From Candidatus Woesearchaeota archaeon (GTDB lineage: Archaea; Nanobdellota; Nanobdellia; Woesearchaeales; JAGLXL01): 64,000 nucleotides of DNA. The position numbers and the translations under genes are program-made. The stretch spans positions 506,995-570,994 of the forward strand of contig DAOWKC010000002.1 of NCBI GenBank assembly GCA_030640025.1, written 5' to 3'. Positions 48,012 through 56,597 of the stretch are shown here, in pieces. How positions within the stretch are numbered: the stretch's first letter is position 1; each line of letters starts with the position of its first letter. The notes beneath the pieces were generated by a model. That model saw only the letters and a list, made by a program, of their open reading frames with translations, ran no database searches and was not told the origin of the DNA.

Positions 48012-48194
48012 ATGAGTCTTGAAGAAAAAACCAAGGAAGAAATTGATTTGTTAATGTGTCCGAAGTCAACAGCTAAGTTTGCTGAAGTCAATCCAGAAGG
48101 AATGACCTTTTGCAAGTATGAGAGAGAAAAAGGTCCGTGCCCATTTAGGTATGAGGAAAAGGGCAAATATCATTGCTCTAGGTGGTACTTGTGA
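48012..48194 (+). CDS. Small Cys-rich protein
   Basis: GGGGTG RBS; CP..FCKY..CPF..CSRW. Confidence 0.55.
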   Translation: MSLEEKTKEEIDLLMCPKSTAKFAEVNPEGMTFCKYEREKGPCPFRYEEKGKYHCSRWYL

Positions 48195-48388
48195 GATTCT
48201 GTGATTACATGTACATGATTGAAGGCGGGCAGTACTGCAAGTATTCGGGATTTACATGTTCTTACCAAGGGGAAAAGGTGATGATAGAGCTCATGGGAGA
48301 AAAAGATGTAGTGACTCTTTGTGATTTGAACAACGTCAGATTCCTTGGCCTGGAAGATAAATTGGAAGACCAGGAAAAACAAGAATAA
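48182..48388 (+). CDS. Small Cys-containing protein
   Basis: FCDY..YCKY..TCSY; start may be GTG 48191. Confidence 0.5.
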   Translation: MVLVRFCDYMYMIEGGQYCKYSGFTCSYQGEKVMIELMGEKDVVTLCDLNNVRFLGLEDKLEDQEKQE

Positions 48389-48607
48389 AAAAAGAGGCTG
48401 ATTCAAATAAAAGAGGACAAGAGAGTTTATGATCCTCAGGTTGTCAGGAACTGCAAAGAAGGCTTTGGTCCAAATTATACTTTAATTTGCCCCTTAGGAA
48501 CATATTGCCTGATTTCTGACAGATACTAGTGTGTTCACCAAAAAGATGACGGCAAACATTTGAAGAAATGTGAGAGATGGTAAAATAATTTTTTCTTTTT
48601 AAATCCG

Positions 48608-48647
48608 AAGTACACATATGTGTACTTTCTTGCGAAAAGTATTTATA
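48608..48647 (+). promoter_or_regulatory. Perfect 20-bp palindrome plus BRE-TATA upstream of AbrB-PhoU gene
   Basis: AAGTACACATATGTGTACTT 48608-48627; CGAAAAGTATTTATA. Confidence 0.6.
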
Positions 48648-48687
48648 GTAGTTTTGACATATATACTCTGGGGTTAATGTTCTTAAA

Positions 48688-49632
48688 ATGAAAAGAAAAG
48701 TCGTTAAACACGGGAGTGCCACTCTAACTATTTCTCTGCCGGCAAAGTGGGCTAGGAAATATAATGTTAAATCTGGTGATGAACTGGAAATTAAAGAAGA
48801 GAATAAGAAATTAGTTGTTTCTTGTCCTGGTCATTTTGAGCCTATTAAAATAACTAATCTGAATTTGGATGAGTATGGTTTAATTGGCGGGAGATGTATT
48901 GGAGCTTTGTTTAAGGGTGGCTGTGATGCGATTAGGGTTTTTTATGAGAGCCCGGCTCAATTTTCTGTGGTGGAGAAGAATCTATCTGAATTAATTGGTT
49001 TTGAGATTATGCAGCAAAGTGATAAAAGCTGTTTGTTAAAGGAAGTTTCTGGTCTGACTGACAATGGCGAGTTAAACAGCATGGTCAAAAGGACTTTTTT
49101 ATTATTGATTTCTGTTTCAGATGATTTTGCAGATTGTATTGGCAAGGGCAATAAAGAAGTTTTGATGAATTTAGTTAGTAGAGATACAGCAATCAATAGA
49201 TTTGCTAATTTTAGCCGGAGATTGTTGAATAAAAAAGGCACGGCCAAGTCAACAGATGTGCCAATGATTTACTATATTATTGAAGAATTAGAGAATTTAG
49301 GCGATGAATACAAATATGCTTCCAGGTATTTGGCTGACAATAACCTGAAAATAACTAATGCAGATATTTTAAAGACAGCTAAAGACATTAATGTTTTGAT
49401 AAGGGATTTTTTCAGCCTTTATTTTAAATTTTCAAGCAAAGGGGCAAAAAAATTAATGGAAGACAGAGAAAAAATAATGAGGGTTATTAACAAGCAGTTT
49501 AAAAATGCTGGCTGCAAAGAAGTCAAGGTTTTGGATTATTTGTCAAGGATGGTTCATATTATTGTCAATATGCAGGGGCCGTTGTTAACTATGAAGCTGC
49601 CTGAGGTTTGCTCTGAGAAGGCCTTTGAATAG
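48688..49632 (+). CDS. AbrB-PhoU phosphate uptake regulator (second copy)
   Basis: RKVVKHGSATLTISLPAKW; LENLGDE. Confidence 0.85.
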   Translation: MKRKVVKHGSATLTISLPAKWARKYNVKSGDELEIKEENKKLVVSCPGHFEPIKITNLNLDEYGLIGGRCIGALFKGGCDAIRVFYESPAQFSVVEKNLSELIGFEIMQQSDKSCLLKEVSGLTDNGELNSMVKRTFLLLISVSDDFADCIGKGNKEVLMNLVSRDTAINRFANFSRRLLNKKGTAKSTDVPMIYYIIEELENLGDEYKYASRYLADNNLKITNADILKTAKDINVLIRDFFSLYFKFSSKGAKKLMEDREKIMRVINKQFKNAGCKEVKVLDYLSRMVHIIVNMQGPLLTMKLPEVCSEKAFE

Positions 49633-52600
49633 GCCTGGCGATTTCCATGTCTTTGACTGTCTGATAAAGTTCTTTGAAGTGGGCTCTGGTTTTTTTAGTA
49701 TGATATTTACTTCTGGCTGCAGAGTGGGCAATTTCTTTGATGTAATTGAGGTAAAGGTGCTGTCTTTGGGTGAGAAGATTTTTCCAATAGGTTTTCTTAG
49801 GTTCTTCTATTTCGCTGAGACGTTGATTAAGTTTTTCCTGTTCGTTGCCAATTAAAGTGAAGAGACGGAAGACTGAGATGTAATCAAAGTCACGGTGGTA
49901 GCGCTTTCTTTTGTTTTTAGAAATGGTTTGGTAGCTGGTTTGAGGGTTGACAGCTTTTTCTCTTTCAGTAATGACGTAACGGAAAAGTTTTCTGATGTCT
50001 TTGAGATTGAAATCAGGGCCTTCGTGATATAAAAGAATGGCCGCATCAAAAAGGTAAGCCATTTCCTTGATGTTTTCTTTGTCAATGATAAATTGAGAGA
50101 AGTTACAAGGATTGCAGTCGCTATAGATGAAATGGGGCATTTTAGCGATTTGGCCTGAGAATTTGCTCATGATGTTTTCAAGGTCTCTTTCATTCGTAGT
50201 GCGGTATTGGAAAGGCTGATTATTGATGACAACTTTTTTGAATCTCTGGATATAGTCTTGTTTTTCTTTGAGGCATTCAATTTCCCTTGGTTCTTCTGGC
50301 GCTTCTCTGATCAATTGTTCTCTGATTTCCGGCCTGAGTTCATGCAAAGCCATGTCTATTCTGATAAGCTGCTGGATAGCAGGTTTGTAAATTTCAGTTC
50401 TTTCTCTTCTGAGTTCAGTTCGTCTTTTTTCGTATTTTTCTGGGTCTTCTCCCTGGGCCTTGGTTTTTTTGATATTGTTGGCAGTAATTTTAAGGCTTTG
50501 AGCAAGAATTTTTGCTTTTTCATAAAGAGTTTGCTGGCCATGAGGCAGAGCCATAATGTTAAGGCGGGGCAGGCTGTGGATTATCTCAGGCAGCTGCAAA
50601 AATTCTCCCCTGAGCTTCAGATCTGATTTTTTCTTTTCATTATACTGATGGAGTTTTTCGAAAACTATTCTTTCCAGATTATTTGAACGCTTTAAGGCCA
50701 TACTTTCTCTAATTAAACCGTGCTTGTCAACAACAACACCAACTTGGCTTCGTGTCATTTCCCATTTTAGATGCCTGGGGGTATCCATAATTAAATCATA
50801 AAATTCTTCCCAAGGTTGGTCTGGGTTTTGAAAGAGCTTGTTTTCTAGATTGAAGGGCGCGTCTTTGAATTCAGAGGCAATCAGACATTTGAAATAAAGC
50901 GGAATAAGGAAATCAGGATCTTGTTTTGAAGTTAGATTATACCAATCCAAGGCATGGTTGAGGTCCTGGTTAATTTCTTTTTCTAGTTGTTTTGGCGGAT
51001 GAGGAATGTTCTTTAAAATATTAAGGGGAATTTTTCTGTCTTGTAAAAATTGCCAGCGCTTGAATTTTAATTTGGCTAAGGCAAAATAGCAAGAGCCGGA
51101 TTTGCTTTTGGATTCAACTGCAGTGTCGCCATATTGCCTGGCTTTTTTGAGGAAAGTGCCGGCAGTGTTATAGCAATGCAGGGCAAAATTAAAAGGAGAA
51201 TGAAGATTGGTCTTGAGGCGATCCTGGAGTAAATTATGGAGGGGGTTTTTGATGGATTTAATTCCTGATATTTTTTGACCGATCTTGAAATAAGTCCAGC
51301 CGATTTTAGCATAACATCTTCTTAACTTATCTTTGTCTTTTTTTCCCGGTGGATCATGGTTGAGGAATTGTTCATAGCTGTTAAGGGCATTTTGAAATGA
51401 AGAGAGGGCATTGAGATAACCCCGGAGATCTTTGTCATGAAGGTCAGCTCTTCTTAATTGGGCTTCTCCATGGAGGAATTGATAGCGGCTGAGATCATAG
51501 AATTCTGCTGGCTCTAATTTTTCTTCTAATTCTGAGAAAATTCTGGCAGCCTGCCTGAATAATTTATTGGGGTCAGCTAGATTGACAAGGGCGGTTGCAG
51601 CTTTGCCTCTTTCAATAAGGCATTTGCCAATTTTTTCCTTGAGGTGGGGAGATTTTAAAGAGCGGTTAGCTTTGGTAAAATCCTTATGGGCTTTGCCAAA
51701 AAGAATGTAAAGGAAATAATTCTTGTTTTCAATGAAGTAATTATTGGGGTCGAGCAAGGGGCCGGGCTTGATTTTTTCATAATTGGGATCTTGTTCAAAT
51801 TGGCTGAGATCAACATTCTGGACTTCTTGTCTTAAGGCACCAAGTTCTTCAGGTGTTTTGTGCTGGATTTTCTTGCCGAATTCCAGGAAAAGATTGCCCA
51901 GGCGTTCGTTGTGTCCTGGTTGTTTTCCACCCGAGACTAAATTAGCAATTTCATAATTAATGATGGCTTCGATGCCAGATGAGAACTGGCCTTGTTTTGT
52001 TTTGTGGATTTCCAAAGAGACCTCACCGAGTTTGCTGTAATTTTGTTGAGAGTAATTGCCGTGTTGTTTTGATTTGAGATAAGCTTGTTTAGCTTTTTTG
52101 AAATGATGGATTTTTACAGCTGGGTTTTTTCCCATGAGAGCCATTTGAAATGAGGCTCTGGCAGAAGCCACCCACAGCCAAGAATCACCTGGAAGGATTG
52201 TTAATCCTTCTTCTGCTACTTTTTTTGATTTTAGTATATAGGTGCGTTTTTTACTTTTATCTTTTTCGGTTTTGGCAAGGCGGTACCAATTGTGGGCCAG
52301 ATTATTGTAGCGGTAGCGGGTAGAGGGAGTTGGGGCGCAGAGAGTTAATAAGTCGTGTTCGTCCCGCAATCTTCGATGGCATTTTCCACTATCTTGATTA
52401 GCTTGGTGGTATTGGGCAAAATCGCTGTTGAGACTTGCTAGGTCCATACCCAACCTGATTAATCGAGTTGGTCTTTTTTTAGAATTGAGAAGTTCTTTAA
52501 GATTCTGGCTTCTTTGGCCAAGTTCCTGATCAAACCAGCCATCCAGCCAGCTTAAATCGAATTTGAATCTATTGTAAAGTATTAAAAGAGAGTTGGCTTC

Positions 52601-52636
52601 TTTGATTTCTTCTTCTAAGTTAATTTTTTTGGACAT
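49589..52636 (-). CDS. Large TPR-like protein with C-terminal APH/choline-kinase-like phosphotransferase domain
   Basis: Helical repeats (KLG/KIG); MALK, YSDCNPCNF, IIDKE, FDAAILL. Confidence 0.6.
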   Translation of the reverse strand: MSKKINLEEEIKEANSLLILYNRFKFDLSWLDGWFDQELGQRSQNLKELLNSKKRPTRLIRLGMDLASLNSDFAQYHQANQDSGKCHRRLRDEHDLLTLCAPTPSTRYRYNNLAHNWYRLAKTEKDKSKKRTYILKSKKVAEEGLTILPGDSWLWVASARASFQMALMGKNPAVKIHHFKKAKQAYLKSKQHGNYSQQNYSKLGEVSLEIHKTKQGQFSSGIEAIINYEIANLVSGGKQPGHNERLGNLFLEFGKKIQHKTPEELGALRQEVQNVDLSQFEQDPNYEKIKPGPLLDPNNYFIENKNYFLYILFGKAHKDFTKANRSLKSPHLKEKIGKCLIERGKAATALVNLADPNKLFRQAARIFSELEEKLEPAEFYDLSRYQFLHGEAQLRRADLHDKDLRGYLNALSSFQNALNSYEQFLNHDPPGKKDKDKLRRCYAKIGWTYFKIGQKISGIKSIKNPLHNLLQDRLKTNLHSPFNFALHCYNTAGTFLKKARQYGDTAVESKSKSGSCYFALAKLKFKRWQFLQDRKIPLNILKNIPHPPKQLEKEINQDLNHALDWYNLTSKQDPDFLIPLYFKCLIASEFKDAPFNLENKLFQNPDQPWEEFYDLIMDTPRHLKWEMTRSQVGVVVDKHGLIRESMALKRSNNLERIVFEKLHQYNEKKKSDLKLRGEFLQLPEIIHSLPRLNIMALPHGQQTLYEKAKILAQSLKITANNIKKTKAQGEDPEKYEKRRTELRRERTEIYKPAIQQLIRIDMALHELRPEIREQLIREAPEEPREIECLKEKQDYIQRFKKVVINNQPFQYRTTNERDLENIMSKFSGQIAKMPHFIYSDCNPCNFSQFIIDKENIKEMAYLFDAAILLYHEGPDFNLKDIRKLFRYVITEREKAVNPQTSYQTISKNKRKRYHRDFDYISVFRLFTLIGNEQEKLNQRLSEIEEPKKTYWKNLLTQRQHLYLNYIKEIAHSAARSKYHTKKTRAHFKELYQTVKDMEIARPIQRPSQSKPQAAS

Positions 52637-53583
52637 GGCAAGGTGTTGGGAAGGAAAGTATGATTTTGAAAGCAGCAGAGTTTTTTTCCATTGCCATGGT
52701 AATCTGAGCCAGCGGTGGCTGTTTTGAAATTGAATTTGTCAGTAAGGTAATTGTAGTAGTTAATGTCGTCCTGAGAATGGATGCTGGCATAGACTTCTAT
52801 CCCAGTAATATATACGGCAAACTGTCTTATTAATCTTTCGACTCCTGGACGGGTAAAAATGTTTTCAATTCTTTTGGGGTGGGCAAGGATTACTTCTGAA
52901 GAGAATTGTTTTAAGATGGGAAGGCCTTCTCCCATGGGTATTTTTTTGAATTGAGCGTCATTAGGGCCAAGGTAAAAAGGGCCGCCTCTTTCAAACATCT
53001 CTGTTTTTCTGGGTTGGCCTGTTTTTTTGGCAATAGCTGAGGCAATGTGGGTGTGGTTAAAGCCTTTTTTGCCGTCTGAGCATTCATAATAATATTCTCC
53101 TGATTCCTCGATGACTTCTTGCGTAGAGATAAGTTCTTTTTCTAAGTCAGGGTGCTGTTCTCTGGCTAAAACAAGTTCCTGGTGATAGCGTTCTCTTTGG
53201 CCGTCATTGATTTTTCTGAGTAAAAGGATGTCAATATGGCTAAAATAAGAAAAACGGTTTAAAGGGCTAGATTCATTTGATTCTGGGAAAGAATAAGCTA
53301 AAATATGGACAGGCAAGCCAGAATATTCTAAAGTGACTTCAACTCCAAAGATGCCTTCCTGGATATGTTTTTCTAATGGTTGGGTTTTATTGTAATTTTT
53401 TAAAGCAATCTGGAATTCAACCTGGCCTTTTAAGGAATTATGGTCTGTTAAAGCTGCAGCAGCAATGTGTTTATTTTTGTTTATTTGACTGAGGCTTTCA
53501 ACTATTTGTTCTGGAGAGTCTTCTGCATCAGAGTAAAGACTATGAAAGTGAAGGTCAATGGTTTCATCTTTTTGGTTTAACAT
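52615..53583 (-). CDS. PHP-domain phosphoesterase (TrpH/YciV-like)
   Basis: DLHFHSLYSD, LTDHN, GVE, HILAY, LAHP, GSDYHG. Confidence 0.88.
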   Translation of the reverse strand: MLNQKDETIDLHFHSLYSDAEDSPEQIVESLSQINKNKHIAAAALTDHNSLKGQVEFQIALKNYNKTQPLEKHIQEGIFGVEVTLEYSGLPVHILAYSFPESNESSPLNRFSYFSHIDILLLRKINDGQRERYHQELVLAREQHPDLEKELISTQEVIEESGEYYYECSDGKKGFNHTHIASAIAKKTGQPRKTEMFERGGPFYLGPNDAQFKKIPMGEGLPILKQFSSEVILAHPKRIENIFTRPGVERLIRQFAVYITGIEVYASIHSQDDINYYNYLTDKFNFKTATAGSDYHGNGKKLCCFQNHTFLPNTLPCPKKLT

Positions 53584-54016
53584 AGGTATACCTAGGTCGT
53601 GTTTTGATAGAGAACTTTCTGGGTCAAGAGTATATATGGCGGGAAAGACTAAATATGTTTTCCACACAAAATATGTTCTGTGTGTATGTGTTTACTAATG
53701 TCAACATTGTTGTCAGAAAGTATATATCATTTGAACCCTATAGAATATGTATGGCAGCTTCCAACTTTTTTATCAAAAACCACCAATTAATATGTCGTTG
53801 GTTTGTTAAAGTGAATTACAACAAAAAAGTGGTTTTTGATGCTCAAAATATCACGACTGGTGGTTTTTGGAACACAAAATATCATTCTAGTTTAATCAAC
53901 AAAGGAGTGATATTTTGTTGTTTAAAACAGTATTATCCCAAGGTTGAAGGGGTGGTTCTTGCTTGTTTACGGAGAAATGGGTTTAATTTGACTGATAATA
54001 GTCTGAGTGGGGAGAA

Positions 54017-54974
54017 AGAGATTGACCTAAGAATTGGGTTTGGGTATTAAGCTAGTTCTTTTGTTTTTTTAACACTTAAATGATTCTTTTTGCTGACTAC
54101 TCTTTTTCCAATCTCCTTTTCTGTTTCTACCCTTGCTTTTTTGGCAACATTGCCACCACGTTTGGCAGCGACTTTACATTCTTTAAGTCCCTGAGAATCA
54201 TCTTTTTTTGTGATTTCAGTCGTAACTTTTTCACCGAGCATGGAGAAAATCATCTCTAAATCAGTTAGGTGATCTCTTAAATTTTGATTTTTTAACTTGG
54301 GGTCTAAGCTTTTAATCTTTTTATGGTCTTTAATGGAGACTCCAAAGGTTGCCTGGCTGATTTCATTAGTAAGAATAGCATATTCTTTTTTCTTTTCAAT
54401 ACTTCTCTTATCCCATTCTTCTGTTAATTCTTGCCTGATGGCAATTCCTCTTAATCGTTTATCAATCCATTCTTGAGGATAGCCTTTGACTTTGTAATAT
54501 TCTTTGGCCCTATTTTGAGCTAATTCAGGGTTTTCTATTTCTTGGACACGTTCATAACCAACTTGAGCCAGCCATTTTTTGAAAGGTTCTGCTTTTTTAG
54601 ATGGAATTGATTGGATTAACCTAAAAGCTCCTTTTGTAGAGATACAATTTAACTTTTGTTTGCCACCAGGTGTGTCTATTAAAAGGGGGGTGGCAATTTG
54701 AACCCACCCTTGAGCAAATCCCTCATCACGTCTTCTCATATCTTTGAGATAGCCCTTAGGGTCTTTTGAGTTTGTTAAAATTTCAACAATATCAACTGCT
54801 ACAAACCACCACTCATCATTAAACCAAGTTCTTCTGATTTTTTTCCCTTGAAAAATAACTAAGGTTTTTGGATTCATGATTTAACTAAAAATAAAATAAT
54901 TTATAAATCTTATGTGCGGTTGTCCAGTGGTCTGTGCTTAGAGATTGACCTAAGAATAGAATTTGGGTATTAAG
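54017..54974. repeat. 35-bp direct repeat (32/35) flanking Bro-N gene
   Basis: AGAGATTGACCTAAGAAT-NGNN-TTTGGGTATTAAG at 54017-54051 and 54940-54974. Confidence 0.8.
54047..54877 (-). CDS. Bro-N domain (antirepressor-like) protein
   Basis: KIRRTW..EWWF.AVDIV, RLIQSIPS.KAEPFK.WLA, NLRDH. Confidence 0.85.
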   Translation of the reverse strand: MNPKTLVIFQGKKIRRTWFNDEWWFVAVDIVEILTNSKDPKGYLKDMRRRDEGFAQGWVQIATPLLIDTPGGKQKLNCISTKGAFRLIQSIPSKKAEPFKKWLAQVGYERVQEIENPELAQNRAKEYYKVKGYPQEWIDKRLRGIAIRQELTEEWDKRSIEKKKEYAILTNEISQATFGVSIKDHKKIKSLDPKLKNQNLRDHLTDLEMIFSMLGEKVTTEITKKDDSQGLKECKVAAKRGGNVAKKARVETEKEIGKRVVSKKNHLSVKKTKELA

Positions 54975-55542
54975 ATTTTCTGGCTACTTCTAATCTTGTT
55001 TTGCCAGGGTAACCTTTTAATTTTTCTTTAGCGTCAAAAACTTTTTCAATTTGTTTGTCACTGATGTTGACTCTGATAGTGTATTTAGGCGGGAAAAGAT
55101 AAGCACCAACAAGGCCGAGATAACTAACAACTTCTTGAAAGAGTGTTTTTTTAGGTTCAACTGAGACTCTAATTTCATAGAAGGGTGGTTTTTCTTCTTC
55201 TTTAATACCAAGTTCTTTTTCTATTTTTCTGATAGTTTCTTCAACTTGTTTTTGATTTTCATTCATTTCAAAATACAAACTGGCTGAAGTTGCCTGGCAA
55301 AAAGTATTGGCCCATTGTCGATATTCGCTTAGTTTAAAGGTATCTCTAGGAAGGTCAAAATTCTTTGTATTTGTTTTAATGACTACATCTAAAGTGATCA
55401 TGGGACCATCATCATCTTTAGATATAAAAACTTCTTTATCCATGGCTCCTAAGAAACTGCTGCCCAGAACTTCATCTAAAGCCTTTTCTACTTGTTCTCT
55501 GCTGTTGGGGCTGTAAGAACGCCTTAAGCTGTAATAAACCAT
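54970..55542 (-). CDS. Hypothetical protein
   Basis: 190-aa ORF with TATA upstream. Confidence 0.55.
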   Translation of the reverse strand: MVYYSLRRSYSPNSREQVEKALDEVLGSSFLGAMDKEVFISKDDDGPMITLDVVIKTNTKNFDLPRDTFKLSEYRQWANTFCQATSASLYFEMNENQKQVEETIRKIEKELGIKEEEKPPFYEIRVSVEPKKTLFQEVVSYLGLVGAYLFPPKYTIRVNISDKQIEKVFDAKEKLKGYPGKTRLEVARKS

Positions 55543-55649
55543 TGCAGAGAATATTTTTGATTATTGGTTTATAAGTTTTGTTGTGTTGGATTATTATTAT
55601 TCTTTTATTTCAATAATCTTTATAAGTTAGTTTTTCCTTGAATATTTTT

Positions 55650-56039
55650 ATGGCTTTGGACGATGGAATTGTTTGGCCGGAATATGACGGATTCTACAAA
55701 GTAATCCAGGTTAGAGTGAAGGGGAGGGAATATCTGAGGATTGCTGCTGACAGTGCTATGTTTCATTGCGAGCTGCTGAAATCTTTTTTAGACAAGATAG
55801 GAGTAGATTACAGGACAAGAGAATTCGGGGGCGGAAAAAGAAAAGGTCCTGAAGTTCATGGTGATGGATACGAGCTGTTTGGGGCAGGTTTAGTAAAGAG
55901 TTTAGCCGAAGAAAAAGAAGCTACATTTGGTGAAAGAAGCAGTGATTATGACTGTGGAATTGATATCAGTCATATAAAGAAGATTAAGGACTCAGATACA
56001 AGCAGGAAGATTAGGGTTGCTTTTGGAAGATTAAGATAA
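55650..56039 (+). CDS. Janus/Ocnus (PHPT1 phosphohistidine phosphatase)-like protein
   Basis: DGFYKVIQVRV..EYLR..FHCELL..GAG..SSDY follows the PHPT1 motif order as recalled. Confidence 0.55.
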   Translation: MALDDGIVWPEYDGFYKVIQVRVKGREYLRIAADSAMFHCELLKSFLDKIGVDYRTREFGGGKRKGPEVHGDGYELFGAGLVKSLAEEKEATFGERSSDYDCGIDISHIKKIKDSDTSRKIRVAFGRLR

Positions 56040-56071
56040 ACTTTAAATACTCGAAATTTATTCTTTAGGTT

Positions 56072-56123
56072 GAGGTATCAAAAATCAAAGATTTTTGGAA
56101 CCTCCTCGTATATACTCGGAGGT
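56072..56123. mobile_element. X-hairpin-X'-hairpin-X insertion with X = RBS GAGGT
   Basis: GAGGT 56072, CAAAAATC-AAA-GATTTTTG, ACCTC 56100, GAGGT 56119. Confidence 0.75.
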
Positions 56124-56130
56124 GATTCAT

Positions 56131-56517
56131 ATGAATTATTTAGCTGTTCTTGTTGCTGGAATTGTTGGATTAGTTGTAGCCATGATTTGGTATGCTCCGT
56201 TTTTGTTTGGCAAAGCCTGGATAAAGTTAGCTAAAGTTAAGATGGATAAAAAAGGCAGGCCAGCCAGGTATTTTATGGCCTTGATTAAGACTTTAGTGAT
56301 GGCTTGGTTTATAGCTTTGTTTTTAGAATGGTTAGGTATAGCATCAGTGGCCGGAGGATTAGTCATTGGCTTTTGGTTATGGCTAGGTTTTGTCGGCACC
56401 ACAACTTTTAGCGGAGTTATCTGGGGAAAGAAACCGTTTAAGTTATGGCTGTTAGATAACGGCGCTAATTTGTTATCAATTTTAATTATGGCTGCTATTT
56501 TAGGTGTTTGGATTTAA
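56131..56517 (+). CDS. DUF1761-family membrane protein
   Basis: NYLAVLVA..WY.P.LFGK.W; WLGF. Confidence 0.8.
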   Translation: MNYLAVLVAGIVGLVVAMIWYAPFLFGKAWIKLAKVKMDKKGRPARYFMALIKTLVMAWFIALFLEWLGIASVAGGLVIGFWLWLGFVGTTTFSGVIWGKKPFKLWLLDNGANLLSILIMAAILGVWI

Positions 56518-56597
56518 TTTTATTTTTTTTATTTTTTTCTATTTCTTAGTGGTGACAAGGGGAAAGGTTTAAATATAGGTTTTTAATTTTTTTTAAT

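Noticed and set aside
48386-48529. Stop-codon reassignment
   Set aside because: Housekeeping genes translate intact with the standard code; only one marginal ORF has internal stops.
41300-48600. Provirus
   Set aside because: No capsid, terminase, integrase or replication gene recognised.
53754-53765. GCAGCTTCCAAC as a fifth motif copy
   Set aside because: Lacks one base and the final A, and has no supporting stem.
53604-54050. 148-aa + strand ORF
   Set aside because: TTG start, no motifs, overlaps the PHP upstream region and a repeat; cannot be supported.
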